DNA of 64,000 nucleotides from Candidatus Thiodiazotropha sp. (ex Epidulcina cf. delphinae) (lineage in GTDB: Bacteria > Pseudomonadota > Gammaproteobacteria > Chromatiales > Chromatiaceae): NCBI GenBank assembly GCA_025656505.1, contig JAHXHR010000003.1, positions 1,051 to 65,050 on the forward strand, read 5' to 3'. Both the position numbers and the translations under genes were made by a program. How positions within the stretch are numbered: position 1 is the stretch's first letter; every line of letters begins with the position of its first letter. The notes under the pieces were generated by a model. That model did no database searches. It was not told the origin of the DNA and saw nothing but the letters and a program-made list of their open reading frames with translations. Below are positions 29,719-40,429 of the stretch, piece after piece.

Positions 29719-29764
29719 AATAGAATCTTAAAACAATCTAATAAGATTCTATTAAGATATCTTA
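29719..29764. promoter_or_regulatory. operator-like palindromes built from TAAGAT/ATCTTA half-sites
   Basis: Perfect 12-bp inverted repeat AATAGAATCTTA (29719-29730) / TAAGATTCTATT (29742-29753). Adjacent perfect palindrome TAAGATATCTTA (29753-29764). All lie 23-68 nt upstream of the RHH gene start. Confidence 0.6.
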
Positions 29765-29795
29765 GTTATATCAAACAAGACGTTCAGAGATCGGC

Positions 29796-30986
29796 TCAAG
29801 GCCGCAGATAGTAGGCGAACAACCCTGGGTTGCACTGCTGCAAGCGCTTTCTCAACGTCATCACATCGGCATCGACTCGCTTCGTGGCTGCTGCCTGCAC
29901 CAGTTCAGCGACTACCTGGAACTCCTCTGGCAGATCGATATCATCGAAACAACGTTCGGTCGCCAACCTCCTCGCCAAACCGGGATGATCGATGAGGAGC
30001 CAGGCGGGAAAATCACTATCCGGTAGTTCCGGGTCCAACTCGAGAAAACGCCGCCAACTGCGCTGCCACTCGGGCTCGGCCTCGCTGCCGATGGGCGTCG
30101 CCTGTTCGGGAAAGCGCCAACACAGCAGGAACCAGCCGGTCAATGCCTGCATATCCAGATGCAGGCGGCCGCAGGCGCAGGCATACCGGCGCAACAGCAG
30201 CGGCTGTTCCCGCCAGCGTGACGCCGCCTCGACACTCGCTTTTACCTGCCGCCAATCCTCTGCCTGCAACAAGGTGTAGCTGCCGTGCAGTTCCGGTTTG
30301 CGTGGATCGAATGCGACCTGAGCCAGCGCCTGCGACAGGCGCTGCCACTGCGGCGCCAGAAAATGACGGGCGGAAGCGCCCAATATCTCCTCCGCCAGGG
30401 GACGCAGCTCCTGTTGCAGGTAGTGCAGTTCCCCCGCAATGTCATCGACTGGCGCCCCCCGGTTGACAGACGCCACCAGATGCTCAAACCCGCCCAGTTG
30501 ATGATGACCGGGGTCGACCTCGATCAGCCGTTCAAGCAGTCGCCCGGCTTCTGCCTCATCCCGCTGGAGCAGCGCCTGGGTAATGCCGTTCGCCAGGATC
30601 ACGCCAGGAGACTCCATCAACAGATCCATTTGCGGCGCGTCGTCACCTTTACGGTAGCCGGTTTGAAAGCAGTTGTGCGGACCGCTCATCGGGCTAAAAC
30701 GCAGTCCTTTTCCCTGCCCTGCCCCCCAACTGAGGTAACGCTGGGGTTCCGGCGTCAGACCCAGCGCCCTGGCATAGGCCTCGGCCTGCTGCATCATTTC
30801 ATGGCTCTGCTCGGGATCACCGAACAGCAAATCCTCAAGATAGTCACACTGCCCTTCGCGCCAAGCCTCGTAATCGGCGTACAACAGCCTGCCCTCGACC
30901 AGCAGCAGCTCAAGGGGAAGGTAGACGCCCTGCTCGAACAGCAGCCGGTCCACGACCTCACGGATCCGTCTCTCGCTCTGATTCAT
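29796..30986 (-). CDS. hypothetical protein (396 aa) downstream of the SNF2 helicase
   Basis: ATG 30986 lies 14 nt after the helicase stop. Leu/Glu/Arg-rich, no motif recognised. Confidence 0.6.
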   Translation of the reverse strand: MNQSERRIREVVDRLLFEQGVYLPLELLLVEGRLLYADYEAWREGQCDYLEDLLFGDPEQSHEMMQQAEAYARALGLTPEPQRYLSWGAGQGKGLRFSPMSGPHNCFQTGYRKGDDAPQMDLLMESPGVILANGITQALLQRDEAEAGRLLERLIEVDPGHHQLGGFEHLVASVNRGAPVDDIAGELHYLQQELRPLAEEILGASARHFLAPQWQRLSQALAQVAFDPRKPELHGSYTLLQAEDWRQVKASVEAASRWREQPLLLRRYACACGRLHLDMQALTGWFLLCWRFPEQATPIGSEAEPEWQRSWRRFLELDPELPDSDFPAWLLIDHPGLARRLATERCFDDIDLPEEFQVVAELVQAAATKRVDADVMTLRKRLQQCNPGLFAYYLRP

Positions 30987-30987
30987 G

Positions 30988-31009
30988 CTAGTGTAGGACA
31001 CTACACTAG
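30988..31009. repeat. 22-bp palindrome CTAGTGTAG-N4-CTACACTAG (PAL-F copy 2)
   Basis: Perfect arms. Contains the helicase TAG stop (31001-31003) and ends 2 nt from the next ATG. Confidence 0.85.
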
Positions 31010-34000
31010 CGGCTCGAACAGTGTTTCCAGATCCCCATCGGTCCAAGCCCCCTGCATCCCGCCATTAGGATCAAAGAGGCTGTCGGCAAGGGCCTGCTTT
31101 CGCTGCTGCATGGCCTGCATCTTCTCCTCGACCGTACCCGCCGTGATCAGCTTGTAGACGAACACCGGGTTGTCCTGGCCGATCCGATGGGCCCGATCAG
31201 TCGCCTGCCGTTCCACCGCCGGATTCCACCAGGGATCATAGTGGATGACGGTATCGGCCGCAGTAAGATTGAGGCCCACCCCGCCGGCTTTGAGACTGAT
31301 CAGAAACAGCGGCGCCCGGCCTGCCTGAAAGCGCTCGACCGGGGTGGCGCGATCGCGGGTGCGGCCGGTCAGTTTGACATAGCCGATGCCTGCTTCGCCC
31401 ACCGCCTCCTCGATCAGTTTCAGCATTCCGGTAAATTGCGAGAACAGCAGGATGCGTCGTCCCTCCTCGACCATCTCCGGCAACAGATCCATCAACAACG
31501 CCAATTTGGCCGACTGTTTGACCTTGCCGGCACTCTCCAATTTAACCAGACGCGGGTCGCAACAGACCTGGCGCAGCTTCAGCAAGGCATCGAGGACAAT
31601 GATATGGCTGCGCTCCATCCCCTGGTCCGCCACCGCCTTACGCACCTTGGCATGCATCGCAAGCCGGATACTCTCGTACAGGTCGCGCTGCGCACCGGCC
31701 AATTCAACGCCTTGCACTATCTCCGTCTTCGGCGGTAAATCCCTGGCGACTTGCTGCTTGGTGCGTCTCAGCATGAAGGGACGCACCCGCTGTGCAAGCC
31801 GCAGAGCGACCGCTTCGTCGGCGTGTTTCTCTATCGGATGCTGCAGCACCCGAGCGAACTGTTTGGCGCTCCCCAACAGGCCCGGCAACAGGAAATCGAA
31901 CAGCGACCACAATTCACCCAGGTGATTCTCCAGGGGTGTCCCGGTCAGGCAAAGACGATGGCGCGCCTCCAGTTGGCGCACTAGGCGGCCGGCGCGGGTC
32001 TTCGGGTTCTTGATGACCTGGGCCTCATCCAGGATCAACAGGTGGTAAGGGTGCTGCAACAGCACCGCCTGATCACGCACCAGCAGGGGATAGGTGGTCA
32101 ATACCAGATCGTAATCCGCAAGGCTATTGAAATGCCTGCTTCGCTTAGGGCCGTGCAGGGTCAATACCCGCAACCCAGGTGCAAACCGGGCGGCTTCTCG
32201 CCGCCAATTGACCATCAGACTGGTCGGCGCCACCACCAGGCTGGGCCTGTCCATACGGCCCTGCGCCTTCTCGATCAGAAAATGCGCCAGGGTCTGCACC
32301 GTTTTACCGAGACCCATGTCATCCGCCAACACACCGGCCAGTTCGTTCTCACGCAGAAACTGCAACCAGGACAGCCCCTGCCGTTGGTAGTCACGCAACC
32401 GGGTATTCAACGCCTCGGGGGGATCTACCTGTGGAATCCGCTCAACACCACGAAGCCGCTCCGCAAGCGCCCGTTGCTCCTCGGCGCCTGTCCATTGCAC
32501 CCGCAAAGCGGCGCCTTCATCATCCAACTCGGCCAGCCGGGCAAGCTGTATCCGACTAAGGCGCACTTGGCCATATTCGTCGAGCGCACTCTCACGATAG
32601 ATTTCAAACAGGGTGCTCAGAATGTTGCGCGCACGATCCATCGGCACCGGTAGCATCCGCCCATCCTCCAACGGCACAATCAACTGCTGCCTCGGATCAA
32701 GCTCCCACAGCCGATCTTGGCGGAATACCTTGGGGAAATCCTCAATCAACGCCAACAGTGACGGCAGCAGGTTGATGCGCTCACCCTCTACGACTACACC
32801 TAAGCTGGTGTCGAACCAGGCGTTGCCATCCTGGGGCCGGATCTCGCCGTACCATCCTTCTATCCGGGCCAGGCGGTAAGCGAAATCGTCGTCGAACTCG
32901 ATACGCCAATCCTGTTCCCGCAAGCGGGGCAGGGTATCGGCCTGAAAGTCGAACCAGACTTCTGGATCGCCGTCGACAACAAAGCGCTCGCCAGGCTCCT
33001 CATCGTCCCACCACTCGTCCCATACCAGCCCCGCCTCCACCAGCCGATCGGCGCACCGCGTTTCGAAATCCTGGTCCCGCCGAACCTTGATCACCCGCTC
33101 GCCGACCAGCACCTGGGATACCTGATCACCCCCGAGGCGAATGCCGGCATAGTCGAACGTCAAGCGCAGCAAATCATTATGCACGGTCTCGAGCCATGGA
33201 TCCTCGATATCCTCGGCGCAGAATCGCAGGCAGGGAACCGGCCGCACCGACGAACATGCTTCGATTTTAAATCGGCGCAACGGCGGCAACGCCACACCTG
33301 GATAGCGCTTTGCCAACGCGGCCTCGACCCGCTCCTCACCGCCTGGTTCGACACGGATCCTTTTAAACAGCTCAGCGAGCAATCCGCCCGGCAGATCCGT
33401 CTCCAGTTTTCCGCACTCTCCAGTGGTGGGGTCGATATACCAGGGACACCCCAGCAGAAACACTACAGGCGCTTCAGACCCGGTACGAAATGTTGAATAT
33501 TGATTGCCTGCTTCGTCGACCTCCCAAACCAGGCTGACGTCACGATCCGGACCCCGCCGCAGAATCAAATCGCTGTCACCCAGGAGACAGCGTCCTGTAT
33601 CCAACAGGCCTTCGAGCAGATCGTCACTACCGGCGTCATGCAGACAATGCATGCCTGTCTGCAGATCCGTCGTCACGGCATCCAATTCGGCCAACAACCC
33701 GCGATCGACGGGCTGCAGAAAACTTGGCGGTCTACCCCGCGCAGCCGAGCCAGGTCGGTATGTCCTCCGGCTACCGAATCCCCCGGATTTCAATAGCCGG
33801 GCGCAGGCCGTCTCAAGCATAATGCGACTATCCTGTTGCCGGTCGGGGTACAGTAGATAGAGCAGTCGCTGTTGCGCACGACTCGAATCGACATCTCTCT
33901 TGGCGATCCCATTGATACGCCGGGATCTGGATTGACCCTGGCCGCCAACCGCCCCATTCGACTCATTTTCCAATCCCGACAGCAGCACCGCCGCTACATG

Positions 34001-34246
34001 CTCGCAATTTCCGGGTTGAGAGCAACTGCATTCGCCATGGATCGATATCGACTCCTCGGCAGACCGCTCCACACGAACATAGACCCGGTAGTCACGCTGC
34101 CCGTTGCGCTTGACCAGTGAAGTGATGATCTCACCATTGCGGGTTACCGAAGGGGGCGCCACCTTCCCTCGGTCAAGGATACGACCAGCCTTATCCAAAA
34201 CACCGGGGCTGAATAGTTGCAGGAGATCACCGAGTGAATAGAGCAT
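31001..34246 (-). CDS. SNF2-family helicase with N-terminal SWIM zinc finger
   Basis: ATG at 34246. SWIM motif CSCSQPGNCEHVAAVL. SNF2 motifs LADDMGLGKTVQT, DEAQVIKN, LTGTPLEN, QATDRAHRIGQ. Confidence 0.9.
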   Translation of the reverse strand: MLYSLGDLLQLFSPGVLDKAGRILDRGKVAPPSVTRNGEIITSLVKRNGQRDYRVYVRVERSAEESISIHGECSCSQPGNCEHVAAVLLSGLENESNGAVGGQGQSRSRRINGIAKRDVDSSRAQQRLLYLLYPDRQQDSRIMLETACARLLKSGGFGSRRTYRPGSAARGRPPSFLQPVDRGLLAELDAVTTDLQTGMHCLHDAGSDDLLEGLLDTGRCLLGDSDLILRRGPDRDVSLVWEVDEAGNQYSTFRTGSEAPVVFLLGCPWYIDPTTGECGKLETDLPGGLLAELFKRIRVEPGGEERVEAALAKRYPGVALPPLRRFKIEACSSVRPVPCLRFCAEDIEDPWLETVHNDLLRLTFDYAGIRLGGDQVSQVLVGERVIKVRRDQDFETRCADRLVEAGLVWDEWWDDEEPGERFVVDGDPEVWFDFQADTLPRLREQDWRIEFDDDFAYRLARIEGWYGEIRPQDGNAWFDTSLGVVVEGERINLLPSLLALIEDFPKVFRQDRLWELDPRQQLIVPLEDGRMLPVPMDRARNILSTLFEIYRESALDEYGQVRLSRIQLARLAELDDEGAALRVQWTGAEEQRALAERLRGVERIPQVDPPEALNTRLRDYQRQGLSWLQFLRENELAGVLADDMGLGKTVQTLAHFLIEKAQGRMDRPSLVVAPTSLMVNWRREAARFAPGLRVLTLHGPKRSRHFNSLADYDLVLTTYPLLVRDQAVLLQHPYHLLILDEAQVIKNPKTRAGRLVRQLEARHRLCLTGTPLENHLGELWSLFDFLLPGLLGSAKQFARVLQHPIEKHADEAVALRLAQRVRPFMLRRTKQQVARDLPPKTEIVQGVELAGAQRDLYESIRLAMHAKVRKAVADQGMERSHIIVLDALLKLRQVCCDPRLVKLESAGKVKQSAKLALLMDLLPEMVEEGRRILLFSQFTGMLKLIEEAVGEAGIGYVKLTGRTRDRATPVERFQAGRAPLFLISLKAGGVGLNLTAADTVIHYDPWWNPAVERQATDRAHRIGQDNPVFVYKLITAGTVEEKMQAMQQRKQALADSLFDPNGGMQGAWTDGDLETLFEPLV

Positions 34247-34400
34247 GGCGAAAATATACCATGCCCATGGAACACAGACACCGTTCACGGACTCGTAGGC
34301 TCACAGTAAAGTAGAATCAAAACGCCCATATTCCCCCGCTAAAAAATTTAGCGTCACTGAATTGACAAAATAGGACATTTGTATTACTTTCGCTTAACAT

Positions 34401-34418
34401 TTAGGACAAACATCCTAA
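34401..34418. promoter_or_regulatory. inverted repeat TTAGGA-N6-TCCTAA (candidate TetR operator)
   Basis: Perfect 6-bp arms 54 nt upstream of the nemA ATG. TAGGACA recurs at 34371-34377. TTGACA at 34362-34367. Confidence 0.35.
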
Positions 34419-34471
34419 TTCAGGTTGTGCAAGCGTGTATTTCAAACGGACGAGTAACCAGGAGAGCGTCG

Positions 34472-35563
34472 ATGACCGCTGATTTGTTTTCCCCCATCAC
34501 CATGGGTGACATAAAACTTGCCAACCGCATGGTTATGGCGCCTATGACACGCAACCGCGCCGACGAACACAACGCCCCGCACGATTTAAATACCACTTAT
34601 TATCAGCAGCGGGCTACAGCGGGCTTAATTATCACTGAAGCTTCACAGGTTTCGGCGGAAGGCGTCGGTTATCCAGGTACACCGGGAATATACCGTGATG
34701 AGCAAGTCGCTGGTTGGCGGAAGATTACGGATGCAGTACATGCTGGGGGCGGGCATATTTTCATACAACTTTGGTATTGCGGGCGGATTTCACATCCCGA
34801 CCTATTACCTGATAACCGAACACCTGTTGCACCATCAGCGATTCGACCCGAAGGAGAAGCAACGACCCTTGAGGGTATGAAAGCATTCGTCACACCCCGC
34901 GCATTGGAAATGGATGAAATAGCCGGCATCATCTCCCAATACAAACATGCTGCCGCGATGGCAAAGCAAGCAGGGTTTGACGGCGTCGAAGTGCATGCTG
35001 CGAATGGATATTTAATCGATCAGTTCTTACGTGACGGCTCAAATCAACGTACTGATCAATACGGAGGCAGCGTGGAAAACCGCATGCGTATGCTGAATGA
35101 AGTGTTGGATGCAGTGATAGCGGTATGGCCGAGTAACCGTGTTGGAATACGCCTCACACCTGAGAACAGCTTTAACTCGATGTCGGATTCAAATCCGCTT
35201 GAACACTTTCGGTATTTCATTTCACACCTTAATGCACGAAACCTTGCCTACATACACATCTTAGAGGGCGACATGGTATCTAAATCGATTAATATCGATT
35301 ATCGCGTTTTACGTGACGGCTATAATGGGTTATATATGGCAAACAACGGCTATGATAAAGCACGCGCAGAAGCATCGCTCAGCAATGGAGATAGTGATTT
35401 TGTCGCATTCGGCATTCCATTCTTAGCCAATCCTGATCTGGTATACCGCTACCAGCATGACTTACCCTTAAATGACGCAAATTTTGACACCCTCTACGGT
35501 GGCGCTGAACAGGGGTATACCGACTATCCAATTCTTGAACAGACTATTACAGAACCGGGTTAA
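34472..35563 (+). CDS. nemA: Old Yellow Enzyme family NADH:flavin oxidoreductase (N-ethylmaleimide reductase-like)
   Basis: ATG 34472 after AGGAGA. MTADLFSPITMGDIKLANRMVMAPMTR..., HAANGYLIDQF, RTDQYGGSVENR, collinear with E. coli NemA. Confidence 0.85.
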   Translation: MTADLFSPITMGDIKLANRMVMAPMTRNRADEHNAPHDLNTTYYQQRATAGLIITEASQVSAEGVGYPGTPGIYRDEQVAGWRKITDAVHAGGGHIFIQLWYCGRISHPDLLPDNRTPVAPSAIRPEGEATTLEGMKAFVTPRALEMDEIAGIISQYKHAAAMAKQAGFDGVEVHAANGYLIDQFLRDGSNQRTDQYGGSVENRMRMLNEVLDAVIAVWPSNRVGIRLTPENSFNSMSDSNPLEHFRYFISHLNARNLAYIHILEGDMVSKSINIDYRVLRDGYNGLYMANNGYDKARAEASLSNGDSDFVAFGIPFLANPDLVYRYQHDLPLNDANFDTLYGGAEQGYTDYPILEQTITEPG

Positions 35564-35585
35564 GCGAAAAACCAGGGTTAATAAT

Positions 35586-36170
35586 ATGCGAAATAAAGGT
35601 GGAACACTAAGACTACGGATTATCGCCGCTGCAGATGAACTCTTTTATCAGCAAGGATATGAGAATACTTCATTTAGCGATATTGCGGATGTAGTTGGTA
35701 TATCACGTGGTAATTTTTATTATCACTTTAAAAGTAAAGATGAAATATTGGATGCCGTTATTGACGCCCGCATCACTCGTTTTAAAGAAATGCTGAACGA
35801 GTGGGATAAAAAAACAACCGACCCTAAACAGCGCCTCCATTATTACATTGACATGCAGTCACGAAACCAGGAAAAAATCATTTCACATGGCTGCCCCGTC
35901 GGCAGCCTATGTACAGAGCTTGCTAAAATCAGACATTTCATGCTGGTTGACGCGAATAAAATGTTTACCGTATTTCGTGATTGGCTGACCACCCAACTTG
36001 AACTGGTCGGCGTCAAAAAAAACGCCAAACAACTTTCCATGCATTTACTGGCTCGCGGGCAAGGCATTGCCACGGTATCAAACGCCTTTGAGGATAAAGC
36101 GTTTTTACATCAAGAAGTGACGCAATTAAAGCAATGGCTCGATGTTGAAATTCTTAAGGCAAGTCACTAA
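35586..36170 (+). CDS. TetR/AcrR-family transcriptional regulator
   Basis: ATG at 35586. HTH region AAADELFYQQGYENTSFSDIADVVGISRGNFYYHFKSKDEIL. Confidence 0.85.
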   Translation: MRNKGGTLRLRIIAAADELFYQQGYENTSFSDIADVVGISRGNFYYHFKSKDEILDAVIDARITRFKEMLNEWDKKTTDPKQRLHYYIDMQSRNQEKIISHGCPVGSLCTELAKIRHFMLVDANKMFTVFRDWLTTQLELVGVKKNAKQLSMHLLARGQGIATVSNAFEDKAFLHQEVTQLKQWLDVEILKASH

Positions 36171-36212
36171 TTTCCATTAACTGCATTTGACCACCTTCGA
36201 GGGAAAAAGCGA

Positions 36213-36860
36213 ATGAGCCTTTCAAAACAGACAAAGAAGTTAACGGAAGACTTTATCAGCAGCCAATCTGCTGAAAACCAGGGTATTATTCAGGGTGCAT
36301 TTACAACCATAAATGCGACTGATTTCGGCGCCAATGCCTTGCGTGAGGGCGATCAGGCAAAAAGCTTTCAGTTACCCAACAACAAGGGCGGCGAGACGGC
36401 ATTGGCGGACCTGTTGGCGCAAGGGCCTGTTGTCATCAGCTTTTACCGTGGCGGTTGGTGCCCCTATTGTAATTTAGAGTTCAAGGCGCTGAATGATATT
36501 TTACCCACGATAAATGAACTGGGCGCAAATCTTGTCGGCATATCGCCTGAACTACCTGATAACCCCATCAGCACTACTGAAAAACACCAACTGAAATTTG
36601 AAGTCCTAAGCGATGTCGGCAATCTGATCGCCCGCGAATATGGCGTGGTAATGGACGTGCCGGTTTCCATGCGGCCATTGTACCTGCAATGGGGTCTGGA
36701 TGTGCCCACTGCCAATGGCGATAACACCTGGGAGCTCCCTATACCTGCAACCTATGTTATCGATGGCGATGGGCAAGTTGTTTTTGCCTACATCAATAAA
36801 AACTATACCGAGAGATCAGAACCAAGCGAGATAGTACGAGCGCTGAAATCGATTGATTAA
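36213..36860 (+). CDS. AhpC/TSA (peroxiredoxin-like) thioredoxin-fold protein
   Basis: GPVVISFYRGGWCPYCNLEFKAL. Confidence 0.75.
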   Translation: MSLSKQTKKLTEDFISSQSAENQGIIQGAFTTINATDFGANALREGDQAKSFQLPNNKGGETALADLLAQGPVVISFYRGGWCPYCNLEFKALNDILPTINELGANLVGISPELPDNPISTTEKHQLKFEVLSDVGNLIAREYGVVMDVPVSMRPLYLQWGLDVPTANGDNTWELPIPATYVIDGDGQVVFAYINKNYTERSEPSEIVRALKSID

Positions 36861-36886
36861 CCCGACAACCAAATATGTCGGGTTAA
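36857..36886. terminator. 10-bp-stem hairpin between convergent genes
   Basis: TTAACCCGAC (36857-36866) pairs with GTCGGGTTAA (36877-36886). It contains the TAA stops of both flanking ORFs. The TTAACCCG(G/A)CAAC motif recurs at 9683, 46265 and in the MITE-D elements. Confidence 0.5.
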
Positions 36887-37165
36887 TAGCTAAACAGCTC
36901 ATCGATGGGGAACGGCCTGCGAATCCCGTAACCTTGAGCATAGTCGACTCCCAACGCCTGTAATCGATGCAGAATTTCACTATTTTCGACAAATTCGGCA
37001 ATCGTCTCCAAGCCCATGATATGGCCGATGCGGTTGATGGCGTCCACCATGGATTCATCGATGGTGCTTTCCACCATCTCCTTGATGAAGACGCCGTCTA
37101 TTTTCAAATACTCTACCGGTAGGTGCTTGAGATAGCCGAACGAGGAGAGACCGCTGCCGATATCG
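36883..37165 (-). pseudogene. 3' remnant of an EAL-domain (c-di-GMP phosphodiesterase) gene
   Basis: Translation ...DIGSGLSSFGYLKHLPVEYLKIDGVFIKE...VDYAQGYGIRRPFPIDE covers only the last third of an EAL domain. An in-frame stop lies at 37195-37197 and no upstream domain is present. Confidence 0.7.
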
Positions 37166-37276
37166 GGCAGACATCCGTCATGGAATCCGTCAGGTCATCT
37201 CAATCAATCCTATACCCGGCCGACGGCCGGATACAGGGCTGACGTGCTATATGGTCGGCCGACCCATGCTGGAACT

Positions 37277-37344
37277 GTAACCCGGCAACGCTGAACGCGC
37301 CCTCGCACCGATCATCACCTTCCCGGGTGAAACATCCAGGTTAG
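37277..37344. repeat. MITE-D mini-derivative (both ends joined, interior deleted)
   Basis: GTAACCCGGCAACGCTGAACGCGCCCTCGCACCGATCATCACCTTCCCGGGTGAAACATCCAGGTTAG equals the inner-left segment plus the right end of 43825-44076. Confidence 0.75.
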
Positions 37345-37367
37345 TACACTCAGGAAAATAGCAGGTT

Positions 37368-39395
<2,028 letters not shown>

Positions 39396-39429
39396 TCAAT
39401 CGCTACAGTATAACCTGAATCCGCGAGAT

Positions 39430-39596
39430 CCGGGACGGATTTCCAATTGAGTCAATAGCCTGAATTATTGATGATTGAGGAAATACTGCGTCTGAACGCC
39501 AAGCCTGGCAGGAGCATGCGCACAACGCTCCCGGGTAACGCTTCGTGCTTTACAAATTCTTAAATAAAAACAATTTCTTAGTTAATTTTTTCAGTA
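39430..39596. repeat. MITE-D diverged copy
   Basis: GGGACGGATTTCCAATTGAGTCAATAGCCTGAATTATTGATGATTGAGGAAATA...CCCGGGTAACGCTTCGTGCTTTAC...TTAATT parallels 53630-53795. Confidence 0.6.
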
Positions 39597-39694
39597 GCGA
39601 GGCAAATAACGGCCATGAGAGAATCTTGCCCGCGGGAGCTAAAAACCGTAGGCTAACCGTCTGCCGCATTAAACCATAAACCAGGATATTTCGC

Positions 39695-40363
39695 ATGATG
39701 GCAAACAGCTTCGATAAAGCCCGCTTCAATATGGTGGAACAGCAGATACGCCCTTGGGATGTGATCGATCCCCAGGTATTGCTACTGATGGAGTCCCTGC
39801 CGAGAGAGGCCTTCGCGCCCGAGAGCTATCAGGATTTGGCCTATGCCGATATCGAAATCCCTATCGGACAGGGGCAACACATGCTGTTTCCCCGTATCGA
39901 AGCTAGACTGATGCAGGCGTTGGATCTGCAACCTACCGACAAGGTTCTGGAGGTGGGCACCGGCAGCGGCTATCTGACCGCTTGCTTGGCGCACCTCTCC
40001 CAGCAGGTCGTCAGTATCGACCTGCACGGTGAATTTACCGATGCCGCCAAACAGAGGCTCAAGCAACAGGGTATAGCCAACACAACACTGATGACCGGCG
40101 ATGCGCTTGCCTCCCCCCTCGCGGAAGGCCCCTTTGACGCGATTGCCGTTACCGGCTCGGTTCCCTCCAGCGAGCAGGCGGAACTGTTTCGCCGGCAGCT
40201 CAAGGTCGGCGGCAGACTGTTCATCGTGATCGGTACTCCTCCCGCGATGGCGTGCCGGTTAATCACACGCCATTCCCAAAGCTCCTTCAGGGAAGAGTGC
40301 ATCTTCGAAACGGAGTTGGCGCCCCTGATCAACGCACCGGTTCCAGCAATGTTCGAGTTTTAA
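39695..40363 (+). CDS. protein-L-isoaspartate O-methyltransferase-family protein
   Basis: SAM motif VLEVGTGSGYLTACLA. PCMT-like length and order. Confidence 0.7.
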   Translation: MMANSFDKARFNMVEQQIRPWDVIDPQVLLLMESLPREAFAPESYQDLAYADIEIPIGQGQHMLFPRIEARLMQALDLQPTDKVLEVGTGSGYLTACLAHLSQQVVSIDLHGEFTDAAKQRLKQQGIANTTLMTGDALASPLAEGPFDAIAVTGSVPSSEQAELFRRQLKVGGRLFIVIGTPPAMACRLITRHSQSSFREECIFETELAPLINAPVPAMFEF

Positions 40364-40429
40364 TCACGCTACCGCTCCCTGGTCGATCTTCGCGGCAGAG
40401 CGGGCCACCATAAATAGAGAGAGGGAGAT

